Source: Promethearchaeia archaeon
GTDB lineage: Archaea > Asgardarchaeota > Lokiarchaeia > Sigyniarchaeales > SOKP01
Length of the DNA: 64,000 nt
Reading direction: 5' to 3'
NCBI GenBank assembly: GCA_029856125.1
Contig: JAHQWJ010000014.1
Span: forward strand, 64,001-128,000
The notes under the pieces are model-generated. The model had not been told where the DNA came from, ran no database searches, and was given only the letters and a program-made list of their open reading frames with translations. Every line of letters begins with the position of its first letter. The stretch's first letter is position 1. The position numbers and the translations under genes were made by a program. Positions 28,386 to 38,230 of this stretch are shown in pieces.

Positions 28386-29375
28386 ATGACTAAAGAGGAA
28401 GATACTCCTCCTAATCAAATTGGAAGGATTTTAAGCATAGACGTATTTAAAGGGCTAACAATTCTTCTAATGGTTTTTATTAACACTTTTCAGCCTTATG
28501 ATGATGTTCCCGCTTGGTCTAAGCACGCTGGGGAATATGGCTTAACTTATATTGATTTGGTGGCACCTTTTTTTGTATTTATGCTAGCGCTTAATATGAA
28601 AATCTCATATAAACGGCGTGTTGAAAAATTTGGGAAGAAAAGAGCAGCGTTAAGATTTATTCGCAGATTTTTAATTTTCATTGGGATAGGCTTAGTATTA
28701 ACAATATATGTCGATTATAACAGTTTTTATTTTCAATGGGGTACCCTTCAAGTTCTAGGGTTTTCAGGATTAATGGTATTACCTCTACTAGATTTAAAAC
28801 CATTTGTGAAGCTAACCTTTGCCACCATTTTTATGGTTTTACATCAGTTAATTCTTCTTACGCCTGCAAGCGTAATAATTTACGAATCAGTAGAAGGAGG
28901 TATTTTAGCAGTACTTTCATGGGGCTCCATGATGATTTTATCTTCGTTTTTAGCTGAGGGTGTAGGGAATGGTAAGGAACAGGTAAAGCACTATTTCTTG
29001 TATGGCGGGTTCATTTCTCTATTAATTGGGATTGGAACTGGTTTCGTTTTGGGTGTAAGTAGACCCTATATTTCGTTGCCGTATATTTTAATTAGCGTAG
29101 GAGTAGCGTCGTTGCTATATTATCTCTTGTATTTTATATTTGAAGAATGGAAAGTAAATTATAATTTCATTAAAAAAGAGAGGATTTTCAGCGTTGTGGG
29201 GAAGAATGCGTTTATGTTTTATTTAATCCATATATTGATCGCATACACGATTTATTCGATATTCCCTTTCGATACGCCTAGCATCATTATCTTCCCTTTA
29301 GCCATTGTTCATACTGCTTTCATCTGGCTTATGGCGTATTACATGAACAAACTGGAAATGTTTATCGTTATATGA
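28386..29375 (+). CDS. HGSNAT-like (DUF1624/DUF5009) membrane acyltransferase
   Basis: RILSIDVFKGLTILLMVFIN, H..GLTYIDLVAPFF, GTLQVLG. Confidence 0.8.
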   Translation: MTKEEDTPPNQIGRILSIDVFKGLTILLMVFINTFQPYDDVPAWSKHAGEYGLTYIDLVAPFFVFMLALNMKISYKRRVEKFGKKRAALRFIRRFLIFIGIGLVLTIYVDYNSFYFQWGTLQVLGFSGLMVLPLLDLKPFVKLTFATIFMVLHQLILLTPASVIIYESVEGGILAVLSWGSMMILSSFLAEGVGNGKEQVKHYFLYGGFISLLIGIGTGFVLGVSRPYISLPYILISVGVASLLYYLLYFIFEEWKVNYNFIKKERIFSVVGKNAFMFYLIHILIAYTIYSIFPFDTPSIIIFPLAIVHTAFIWLMAYYMNKLEMFIVI

Positions 29376-29480
29376 TTTGAATATCTTCTCAAAATGTTCA
29401 ATTATATCATAAAGCTTATAAAAAAGAATTGCATAATTGTTATTTGCACTTTTCTTTACATTTACTTCACGGGAAATAAT

Positions 29481-29786
29481 ATGACTATTTTAGAGGAACA
29501 ATTTCTATTGTTTGAAATAGATGAGGAAAAAGAAGATTTTATAGAAATTGAAGTTGAAGATAGTCCTCTATATATGTATTTAGACGCTTCCTCAATCTTC
29601 ATAATTGTAGACCCTATAGATAAAAAGGTCTGGATATTTCATGGCGAGAAAGTTAGTATCAGACAGAAATTTATCGCTGCTCAGAAAGCGCCAAATATTC
29701 GAGATAGATATGGAATCGATTTTAAAATTGTAGCGGTTGATGAGGGAAGCGAACCGCCTGAATTTAAGGAAATCGTAGGTTTATAA
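29481..29786 (+). CDS. Single-domain gelsolin-like protein (start revised to ATG 29481)
   Basis: LD.SSIFIIVD...VWIFHG..SIRQKFIAAQ.A....IVAVDEGSEPPEFK matches the gelsolin repeat pattern (L...D.F......WxG......A.......EGxE...F). Confidence 0.72.
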   Translation: MTILEEQFLLFEIDEEKEDFIEIEVEDSPLYMYLDASSIFIIVDPIDKKVWIFHGEKVSIRQKFIAAQKAPNIRDRYGIDFKIVAVDEGSEPPEFKEIVGL

Positions 29787-29894
29787 CAATTTCTTTTCTC
29801 AAAAATTTTCAATAAATTTCTTAATTGTAAGAATCTTAATATGTAGATGTTCTCCTAGTAGTATGGTTGTATGAACTAATTAGCGCGAAAAACA

Positions 29895-29945
29895 ATAGAT
29901 GAAGGAGACGAACCACCCGAATTTAAAGAGATCGTGGGTTCATGA
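29895..29945 (+). pseudogene. 3' remnant of a gelsolin-like paralog
   Basis: Reads IDEGDEPPEFKEIVGS* versus VDEGSEPPEFKEIVGL* in the upstream gene. In-frame TAA at 29877; no start. Confidence 0.75.
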
Positions 29946-30003
29946 TAAAATCGCTTCAAAATACAATAGTATTAAATGTTTACTGGAATTAATTTCCATT
30001 TAG

Positions 30004-31149
30004 GTGGTTGCTATTAAGAAAAGTTACAAAGTAAGTGTTATTGTTATTATAGCTATAAGTTTGATTTTAGTAATTATGATCTCCCTAATAGTTCTAAATC
30101 TATCGCAAAAGCCTAGCTTTAATCAAATCATGATAGATAATAACTATCAAGAAGCCGGGCGAATTTTTGGGGCTGATGTCGATAACGATGGAGATATTGA
30201 CGTGATTTCAGCATCTCATGGATTAAATCAAATCGCTTGGTGGGAAAATACAGATATGAGTTTTACAAAACATCTTATCGCGAATAGTTTTACTAACGCT
30301 TTCTTCATTAATATCGGTGATGTTGATAAAGACGGTGATATAGATGTTCTAGGAGTAAGCGATTCTGGTGATGAACTTGCGTGGTGGGAAAACAATTACA
30401 CCGTTTTCATTAAACACACATTAGCGTTATCTTATGAGACGCCTACAGGTATAAATTGTTTTGATGTAGATCTTGACAACGATATTGATATTATAAGCAC
30501 TGGTGCCCAAGAAGTTACGTGGTGGGAGAATAATGGTAATCAAACCTTTACAGAACACGAAATTTCGCTAGGATACCCAGAAATTTCTGATGAAGGGCAC
30601 GCTTCAGTTTTCGCAGCTGACTTAGATAATGATAACGATGTAGACATCGTAACAGGGTCTTCGTCTTCAGTTCAAATAGGTGAACTTTGTTGTTGGGAAA
30701 ATAATGGAACTGAAGGCTTTTCAAAACAACAACTTTCAGTAAATTACGGAAGAATTCACGAGCTTTACTCCGTTGATGTTGATAAGGATGGAGATCTTGA
30801 TATTGTTAGCAATTCCGCTACCTTAGATACCGTTGATTGGTTTGAAAACTTGGGAAACTTAACATTTACTAAGCACTTAATATCTTCTAATTTTGGTGGA
30901 CCAAATAGTGCGTTTCCAATTGACATTGACAACGATGGAGATGTCGATATTATTGGTGCAGCTCTGTTAGCCGATAAAATCAGCTGGTTTGAGAATAACG
31001 GATTTCAAGAATTTACTGAACATATTCTAACTAGCAGTTTTAATGGTGCTTCAAGTTGTTCTGCAATAGATCTCAATGGGGATTCGAAAATAGATATTTT
31101 AACAACAGCTTGGAGTGCTTCTGAAGTCGTAGCTTGGATACAATCCTAA
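30004..31149 (+). CDS. Membrane-anchored FG-GAP/VCBS repeat beta-propeller protein
   Basis: N-terminal TM; seven DxDxDGDxD(I/V)-type repeats, most followed by WxEN. Confidence 0.88.
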   Translation: MVAIKKSYKVSVIVIIAISLILVIMISLIVLNLSQKPSFNQIMIDNNYQEAGRIFGADVDNDGDIDVISASHGLNQIAWWENTDMSFTKHLIANSFTNAFFINIGDVDKDGDIDVLGVSDSGDELAWWENNYTVFIKHTLALSYETPTGINCFDVDLDNDIDIISTGAQEVTWWENNGNQTFTEHEISLGYPEISDEGHASVFAADLDNDNDVDIVTGSSSSVQIGELCCWENNGTEGFSKQQLSVNYGRIHELYSVDVDKDGDLDIVSNSATLDTVDWFENLGNLTFTKHLISSNFGGPNSAFPIDIDNDGDVDIIGAALLADKISWFENNGFQEFTEHILTSSFNGASSCSAIDLNGDSKIDILTTAWSASEVVAWIQS

Positions 31150-31187
31150 AAAAAAATTCGTGAAATTAATCTTTCACGATCATGATA

Positions 31188-32240
31188 TTATAGATCATTC
31201 TGTAATGCATCATAAAGCGATTTCGCTATAGTATAGAAGGCATGTTCAACATTTTCACCAGTTTTTGCGCTGGTTTCAATGTATCCTAAATTAAGGTAAC
31301 TCGCAAGATCAGATCCTTTTTCAGATACACTCTCGGTAGATTGGCCAATATCCTTTTTATTTCCAATTATATACCCCGTTAAAGCTGGTCTATCTTTTAA
31401 TTGATTTTGAATATCGAAATGCCAACTTGTAACGCTTTCTAATGAGCTTGGTTTTGATAAATCAAATATAAGGAATAAACCATCAGAACCTAAATAGAAT
31501 TGTTGTCTCATAGTTTGGAACTTTTGCTGACCAGCTATGTCCCAAATAACTAATTGTATGTAAGATTCTTCAATTTGAAATATCTTATCCGAGACGTGGA
31601 CTCCCAGTGTTGGAATATAATGCCTTCGAAACGCGTTATTTGTAAATCTTAATATTAGTGAAGATTTACCAACGGAGGGATCGCCACAAATTATGATTTT
31701 AAATTTATAATTAATTAAATTAGCTTCTTTTATTTTCTGATCAGGAAAAGCTTTCGCATTTTCCTCAGCAATCTCGTTATTTTTGAATTCGTTTAAGATT
31801 TGATTAATAATGAGGGAGAGATTATTTAAAACATCCATAAAATTCTCTCTTGGAGCTTTTGATTTTTGTAAGTGTGCAATTTTTTCAGCCACTTCTTTAA
31901 ATGGAGAATCAAAATGATTCAAATATTTATAAAAGATAACATCGTTAGATTCTTTAAATAATAAAGTAATCGCTCCTTGTCCAATTCCACCTCGTCTCTC
32001 TTCGTCATTCCATTTTACATATTTTATTAAACCTTTTAAATTTAAAGAAGGAAATGGAAGAATTACTAATGATTCTGGAATAAGACCTCTTTCTCCTGAT
32101 AGAACTGTAATTGTTTTGACACTAATATGGATTCTATCTGATAGTGATATATCTCCTAACCATACAAATGGATTTGGCCCAACTTCTTCATCCAATTCGG
32201 TGTATAATATTCCGTGTATTATATTCTGTTTAGCTTCCAT
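31188..32240 (-). CDS. Rab-like small GTPase fused to an N-terminal longin/uDENN-like domain
   Basis: GDPSVGKSS, YIPTLGV, WDIAGQ, GNKKD, ETSAKTG; N-terminal GPNP...ILPFP domain. Start set at ATG 32240. Confidence 0.88.
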   Translation of the reverse strand: MEAKQNIIHGILYTELDEEVGPNPFVWLGDISLSDRIHISVKTITVLSGERGLIPESLVILPFPSLNLKGLIKYVKWNDEERRGGIGQGAITLLFKESNDVIFYKYLNHFDSPFKEVAEKIAHLQKSKAPRENFMDVLNNLSLIINQILNEFKNNEIAEENAKAFPDQKIKEANLINYKFKIIICGDPSVGKSSLILRFTNNAFRRHYIPTLGVHVSDKIFQIEESYIQLVIWDIAGQQKFQTMRQQFYLGSDGLFLIFDLSKPSSLESVTSWHFDIQNQLKDRPALTGYIIGNKKDIGQSTESVSEKGSDLASYLNLGYIETSAKTGENVEHAFYTIAKSLYDALQNDL

Positions 32241-32383
32241 TGTAAGGTGTAATAGTATGATCAAAAAATTGAAAATTTCTTAATATAAGTATCGAGTAGA
32301 AATATAAATATTAACGCTTTTTAGATTAAAAAAGTTTTAAGTGTGTCTGAAATACAAATAATGAAGGTTTAAAATAATAAAAT

Positions 32384-32671
32384 TTAATCTTTTATGTTTT
32401 CTAAGAGAGAAATTATCCGATAAATAGTAGTTCGCGAATGAAATGGAATATTTGCATCCTGAGATAAGTCTGTAATCATATACATTACACCACTGGCAAG
32501 AACAGCGGGAGAATCATCTTCACGCTTTAATTCTTCGATCCCTTTTTGAGCTACTCGCTTAATATTTCTTGGAACGCCTCGATCATTAATCATACCAGTA
32601 AGCAGATAATCAACTTTTGAAAAGGTGTCGAGAATTTCTTCGGTAAATTCTGGTCCCCTCGGCATAACCAT
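32384..32671 (-). CDS. UPF0147 family protein
   Basis: NDRGVPRNIKR..DANIPFHSRT.IY.IIS.LE. Confidence 0.88.
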   Translation of the reverse strand: MVMPRGPEFTEEILDTFSKVDYLLTGMINDRGVPRNIKRVAQKGIEELKREDDSPAVLASGVMYMITDLSQDANIPFHSRTTIYRIISLLENIKD

Positions 32672-32809
32672 CTCACTTTTTAATTTAGTTTAAAAAAATA
32701 ATACTAAAAAACTGTATTACTTGATTTTTTAAATATTAATTAAAATTTAATTTTTTTGATTTTCTAATATAAATAACTAGAGTAGTAGTGATAGAATAGC
32801 GATAAAAAA

Positions 32810-35725
32810 CTAGAAAATTCCAAATTCACGGATTTTTTTTGTTAATTTTGGAATTTCTCCTTCGAATGAAGTTAATCGATTATTATATCTATCGTATATT
32901 TCTCTAAACGCTAAGCTTTCAGCTTGATTCAAATCTTTAACGAAAGTATAAGATAATTCAGATATCTCTGAGAAAATATCGTTAAATTTGCCAGTAATTT
33001 CTTTTAACTTCGGTTCTACCTTTTTTCTTTGCTTTCTTAGCATATTTCTCAATTTACCTCGAGGTATTCTTATATCTTCAATTAGTTTATCACATTTATC
33101 TAAAAATAGATATGTGTTCGCTCGATTCTCTTTCGGTAATTTAGTTTCAATGATCTCTGTGCGCCAAGTATTTATTCTTCCTCTCGCAAATGTGTCAAAG
33201 TTAAGCGAAATGGAATCAATGCCCTCCCTAACTAAAAACCTTAGAAATTCAGGATCATCGCTAGGAGCTTGACCGCAAATTCCAACTTTTCTTTTGCGTT
33301 CATGGGCAGTTTTAATCAGATGACTTACAGATCTTCGAATTGATTCGCTATTTGTATTATAGTCGTAATTGTTCATAAGTGGGATCATTTTCTCGTTGTC
33401 TCTACCTACACCATATGTTAATTGAGTAAGGTCATTGCTTCCAATACTGAATCCGTCGAAATATTCGCAGAATAGATCGGCGCATATTATATTCGACGGT
33501 ATCTCAGCCATCACATAGACTTTAAGACCTTCCTGACCTCTAACTAATCCTTCGTTTTCCATTATTTCAATAATCTTTTTAGCTTCTTCTGGACTTCTAC
33601 AAAATGGAAGCATTGGAATTATGTTAGCTAATCCCCATTCTCTCGCTTTTTTAATTGCTTTCAATTCTAAAATAAATGCTTCTTGGAATTCTTCGTGAAC
33701 ATAGCGTGAACACCCCCGGAAGCCAAGCATTGGATTATTTTCCTCTCCTTCGTATATCCATCCCCCAATGAGATTTGCGTATTCATTAGTTTTAAAATCT
33801 GAAAGACGAACTACGCATTCAGCTAACTCCCCATTTGGTAAAGTTTTCCAGACTCCGGCTGCAATAGTGGCAATTCCTTCCGCTAGTTTTTCCACATAAA
33901 ATTCTTCCTTGTCTTCGTAACCAGCTGTAATTTCCCTAATCACATCAAGTGTTTTTTTCAATTTCACGATTTCCTTATTAAATGGATCTTTATGATAGAG
34001 ATCGCTTTTCTTGATGTTTTCAATTTTTTTTCTGTGATCTAGTAAAACATCATACCTCATAACTAAAGAATCAAATTCAATTAAAGCATTAGGGTGTATC
34101 CGAATCTCGTCGTTTATAATAAATTCTAACCTAGCTAACCCCGTACCATCAGGATACTTACCTGACGAAAGAGCACCTTTGGGAATTCCTAAATTAACTA
34201 AAACTTGAGTTTTGGTAGAAGGAAGTTTTGCAAATTCGATGGAATCAAAATCGTATTCTACTTCTTTAAGCCATATTCGTGGTTCACCTTGGCTACAATC
34301 AATTGTAACGCTTTCAAGACCGTCTCGTTGTTTTTCTTTAATTTTTTGTATTATGCTCTCTGCTCCTACTATTGATGCGATATTTAACTCTCGAGATACT
34401 ATAGCTGCGTGACATGTTGGTCCACCTTTTTCTGTAATAACACCTCCTAGATTCTGCATATAGGAGGTCCAATCTGGGTTTGTTTCTTCCGTAACCAGTA
34501 TATCTCCCTCTTCTAATAAGTGAGCGTCATTAATAGATTCAATTACTTTAATTTTTCCATAACCAATTCTACGACCTATGGCAGTTCCATTATTTTCTAC
34601 TAAAAAGCCATCGTTAACGAGGTTCGTAGGATCTTCTAATAAATAAAATATTTCTTCAGTATCTCCTTTTTGTGAATGAACTGTTTCAGGTCTAGCTTGA
34701 ACAATATATATTTTGCCATCGTTGCCTAAAGCCCATTCGATATCCATACGTCGACCGTAATGCTTCCGAATTTTAATAGCGTACTCTGCTAAAACTTTAA
34801 CCTCATCCTCACTCAAACAAAACCGTTTTTGTCTTTCTTTTTCCACCGGTAGAGTTATAGTTCCCCCTTTTTCCGAGTCAAAAATCATCATCTGTTCTTT
34901 TTTTACCAAAATTCTACTTATAACCTTTAGCATTGGACCGTGTTTGAAAACGATGAATTCGTCACCTGCTTCGACACCTTGTACGATGAGTTCTCCTAAG
35001 CCCCATGTTCCCCTAATCACCACTACATTTGGATTTCCCGAATCTGGATCTTCAGTAAACATAACACCTGAGGATTTTACACCTTTTAACCCCCCAGCAA
35101 TCTCTTGCACACCTACACTTAATTTAACAGTAAAATGATCGAAACCAGCTCTTTCTCTGTACATCGTTGCCCGGGTTGTGAAAATTGAGGCCATGTCTTT
35201 AAGGATGTATTCTAAAATTTGATTTTCTCCCGAAATATTTAAGTGTGTATCTTGTTGACCAGCAAAAGAGGCGTCAGGTAAATCTTCAGCTGTTGCGGAG
35301 CTTCTAATTGCAAAAGTGCTTTCACTCCCGATTCGATCCACCAAGATGTGGTATGCTTCTACTATTTCGTCAGCTAAACTATCAGGTATTTTGGCTTGTT
35401 CGATGACATAACGGATGTCAGCGCAAAATTTATCAACCTTTTGAATTGATTTTATATCCTCTTTTTTAAGTTCCTCGGTAATTTTATCAATATCTCGTTT
35501 AATGTAATTTTTTAAAGTTATCTCTTCGTTTTTAATCCTAAAATAATTAGTCTCTAAAATGTAATCGTATGCACCTGCTGTAACAGCAAATCCTAATGGT
35601 ACGGGGATTCCAAAAGAAAGAAGTTCTCCTAAAGAGGCGTTCTTTCCTCCAACAATATCCACATCACTCGATCGAACATCATCGAAAAATTTGATGTAGC
35701 GAAAGCTTGGTTTTACTTCCTTCAT
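32810..35725 (-). CDS. ppsA: Phosphoenolpyruvate synthase (pyruvate, water dikinase)
   Basis: VGGKNASLGE, RSSATAEDLPDASFAGQQDT, GGPTCHAAIVSRE, ENNPMLGFRG, SIGSNDLTQL, GICGQAPSD. Confidence 0.96.
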   Translation of the reverse strand: MKEVKPSFRYIKFFDDVRSSDVDIVGGKNASLGELLSFGIPVPLGFAVTAGAYDYILETNYFRIKNEEITLKNYIKRDIDKITEELKKEDIKSIQKVDKFCADIRYVIEQAKIPDSLADEIVEAYHILVDRIGSESTFAIRSSATAEDLPDASFAGQQDTHLNISGENQILEYILKDMASIFTTRATMYRERAGFDHFTVKLSVGVQEIAGGLKGVKSSGVMFTEDPDSGNPNVVVIRGTWGLGELIVQGVEAGDEFIVFKHGPMLKVISRILVKKEQMMIFDSEKGGTITLPVEKERQKRFCLSEDEVKVLAEYAIKIRKHYGRRMDIEWALGNDGKIYIVQARPETVHSQKGDTEEIFYLLEDPTNLVNDGFLVENNGTAIGRRIGYGKIKVIESINDAHLLEEGDILVTEETNPDWTSYMQNLGGVITEKGGPTCHAAIVSRELNIASIVGAESIIQKIKEKQRDGLESVTIDCSQGEPRIWLKEVEYDFDSIEFAKLPSTKTQVLVNLGIPKGALSSGKYPDGTGLARLEFIINDEIRIHPNALIEFDSLVMRYDVLLDHRKKIENIKKSDLYHKDPFNKEIVKLKKTLDVIREITAGYEDKEEFYVEKLAEGIATIAAGVWKTLPNGELAECVVRLSDFKTNEYANLIGGWIYEGEENNPMLGFRGCSRYVHEEFQEAFILELKAIKKAREWGLANIIPMLPFCRSPEEAKKIIEIMENEGLVRGQEGLKVYVMAEIPSNIICADLFCEYFDGFSIGSNDLTQLTYGVGRDNEKMIPLMNNYDYNTNSESIRRSVSHLIKTAHERKRKVGICGQAPSDDPEFLRFLVREGIDSISLNFDTFARGRINTWRTEIIETKLPKENRANTYLFLDKCDKLIEDIRIPRGKLRNMLRKQRKKVEPKLKEITGKFNDIFSEISELSYTFVKDLNQAESLAFREIYDRYNNRLTSFEGEIPKLTKKIREFGIF

Positions 35726-36007
35726 CGTATAATCACTAAAAATTTATTTTCTATTATTTTTCTATTACTTTTTTTTTAAGTTTTTGATGCTTAATAAAAT
35801 TGTCAATTATCAGATGCATATAATCCTCTCTTCCCATCCTTAAAAAGATTCCATACCAATCAAGTATTAATTTTAAAATATATTTTAGCAATTAGATATA
35901 ATTAGACACAATTGTAAAACTTATATATCACTATTTCTTGTTATTAATTACTTCGAAATTCGAAATTAAATTTACTAATGGAATTAATAATGAGGTGAAT
36001 GTGAAAA

Positions 36008-36331
36008 CTGCCGTATCTTTTTACAACATCTTCTTACCCGACCGATTTAAGAGATGAAGTAGTCGAAGCTTATTTTAAAATGTTAAAAGAAATGCCTTTT
36101 GATAGATCTCTCGGAAAAGAAACAATACAGGTAGCAGTTACAACAAATCCTAAGGGAGTAAAGTCGCTAAGTATTGCGAATGTAAAAGAGGATAAACTTA
36201 CGGAAGCCATATTATGGACTTATAGAAGGATGACCTATTTTCAGCTTATCAAGGGATTTGAGTATAAAATTCGAGTGTGGACTAGTATAGTAGAAGCCTT
36301 AGAAAGCATCAATCGAAAGTTACCAGAGTAA
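36008..36331 (+). CDS. Conserved-looking hypothetical protein (extended to probable CTG start)
   Basis: In-frame extension (L)PYLFTTSSYPTDLRDEVVEAYFK before the ATG at 36080. GAGGTGA SD about 9 nt upstream of the CTG; in-frame TGA at 36002. Confidence 0.6.
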   Translation: MPYLFTTSSYPTDLRDEVVEAYFKMLKEMPFDRSLGKETIQVAVTTNPKGVKSLSIANVKEDKLTEAILWTYRRMTYFQLIKGFEYKIRVWTSIVEALESINRKLPE

Positions 36332-36379
36332 TAAAATAATTTTTTTTTCTTTTTATTCTATTTTAATAAAATTTGTGTT

Positions 36380-36904
36380 TTACTTCAAATTTAATTCCTT
36401 ATTGAAGACTTCATAGTCAGAGTTGGTATATAAACAAAAAATAACTTCCTTTATTTGAGATTCTCTAGCTAAGTATTTTTTTGCTGTGAAGATCATTATC
36501 TTTGCACATCTGTCGATGGGATATCCAAAAATTCCCGTTGATATCGCTGGAAACGCAATGGTCTTCAGTTCGTGTTCGTCCATCAATCTGAGGCTATTTA
36601 AAACAGCGTTGGTTAGTTTAGAATCTTCATCGCCTTCACCCATACGAGGTCCAACAGCATGAATAACATGTTTAGCTTTTAAATTCCCTCCTGTTGTAAT
36701 AGCAGCACCGCCAACGAAAGTCCCTCCAATTTCATTGCATTCTTCTTGAATTTTTGGACCTCCTTTTCGTCTAATCGCACCCGCTACTCCTCCACCGAGG
36801 ATTAATTGAACATTCGCGGCGTTGACTATAACATCGGTGTCTAAGTCTGTTATATCTCCTTGGACTATTTTGATTAAACAATTTTTAACAGATATAGTAT
36901 CCAT
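36380..36904 (-). CDS. Macro domain protein (O-acetyl-ADP-ribose deacetylase / ADP-ribose hydrolase)
   Basis: GDIT, IVNAAN..L..GGGVAGAI, VIHAVGP, AFPAISTGIFGYP. Confidence 0.93.
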   Translation of the reverse strand: MDTISVKNCLIKIVQGDITDLDTDVIVNAANVQLILGGGVAGAIRRKGGPKIQEECNEIGGTFVGGAAITTGGNLKAKHVIHAVGPRMGEGDEDSKLTNAVLNSLRLMDEHELKTIAFPAISTGIFGYPIDRCAKIMIFTAKKYLARESQIKEVIFCLYTNSDYEVFNKELNLK

Positions 36905-36962
36905 TTTATTCGATATGTATTATTTAATTCCGAAAATAAAATATAATAATAAAAAAAGAAAA

Positions 36963-37703
36963 TTATTCTGGTTGAGGTTCTTGCCCTTTCTTTAAAATCT
37001 CGTCAAGTTGAGAGCGATCTTCATCGCTCATTTTCGACATCGCTTCCATGTTTTGCTTCATTAGATCCATCATTACTTTCTGAGAAATTAATTGAGTTAA
37101 AACAGGTAAGGCAATTCTCATGCGAGTTAGTTCGTAAAACATTTGTTTTGCTGTATTTCTCATGTCCTTTAAGTCTTCTTTAGTCATCCCTTCTTCGCCT
37201 ACTCCCGGGCAATCTACGTCGACAACAGTGTAATTTTTTCCATCAAATTCTAATGGATAAGTTCTGCAACTCAGAGGGCGGTTATCATATACTAGACATT
37301 CTTTGTTCTCTTTGTTATAGAGGGGACACTTGACATCTAGTAGCTCTTCAATTGGTATTCCACCAAATGGATCCCGTGGTTTTTCTTCGTCACCTTCTTT
37401 TGGAGGCGGTGGTAAGGGTTTTAAGATCAAATCAATTCCTCCATTTGGTTTATTATATACATCTAAATATGGTAAAAAATTAGCAACTACACCATTTTTG
37501 GCCCATAATTCAAGATCCCAAAAGGTTATAGGTATTGGTCCACGAGATAGACAACATTTATCGGTTCGAGTACACCTAAATGTAAATTTTGCTTTTGGTT
37601 CTTCAGCATCGGTCTTGATCTCAACTTCCTCTTGTTCTTCCTCTTTTTTCTGGTCTTCTTCTTTTACTTCCGGTTTTTCATCATTTTTATTATTTTCAAC
37701 CAT
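36963..37703 (-). CDS. YkgJ/CxxCxxCC cysteine-cluster protein
   Basis: FRCTRTDKCC, CPLY..CLVYDNRPLSCRTYP, CPG. Confidence 0.82.
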   Translation of the reverse strand: MVENNKNDEKPEVKEEDQKKEEEQEEVEIKTDAEEPKAKFTFRCTRTDKCCLSRGPIPITFWDLELWAKNGVVANFLPYLDVYNKPNGGIDLILKPLPPPPKEGDEEKPRDPFGGIPIEELLDVKCPLYNKENKECLVYDNRPLSCRTYPLEFDGKNYTVVDVDCPGVGEEGMTKEDLKDMRNTAKQMFYELTRMRIALPVLTQLISQKVMMDLMKQNMEAMSKMSDEDRSQLDEILKKGQEPQPE

Positions 37704-37847
37704 AATTCAACACTAACAAAAGTTTGATAAATTAATTGCTTTTCGATCTAAAGAATTAACCATTGAAAAAAAATTTTCTTTTTTGTTTCATTTAATGGTT
37801 CAATAAAAATATATTAAAGAATCGTTTTCCTACTTATCTTAATATAA

Positions 37848-38063
37848 TCCTCTATTTTTTACCTTTACAAAGGAAACCCTGTAAAATATAGTAAAGGGAT
37901 GCTACCTCAAACTGACAATCTCCTTGAGAGAGCAATTAATATTAGTGTTGGGGTGTCTGATGCAGGATTAGGCTCAGCATTTGGTGTTAGAATCAATAGT
38001 TCTAAAGAAGAAATTGAAACTACCGAACAAACTCTCTTAAAATTGATTCGGGAATGTATTTAA
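37848..38063 (+). pseudogene. C-terminal remnant of a DegT/DnrJ/EryC1/StrS-type aminotransferase
   Basis: Frame reads YKGNPVKYSKGMLPQTDNLLERAINISVGVSDAGLGSAFGVRINSSKEEI...*. In-frame TAA at 37845; the N-terminal bulk of the enzyme is absent. Confidence 0.6.
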
Positions 38064-38230
38064 TTATAAAAAATTCAATCTCCTTTTCAATTCATTCTAA
38101 TTACCTATTTAAAGGAAGTCTGAAATGAAATAAACAAATAATTATAAATATCATTAATTTTTACATTTTTTATTACGTATACTATGAACTTATTCTAGAT
38201 TCAAATTATCAGTATTAGGACAATATTACT

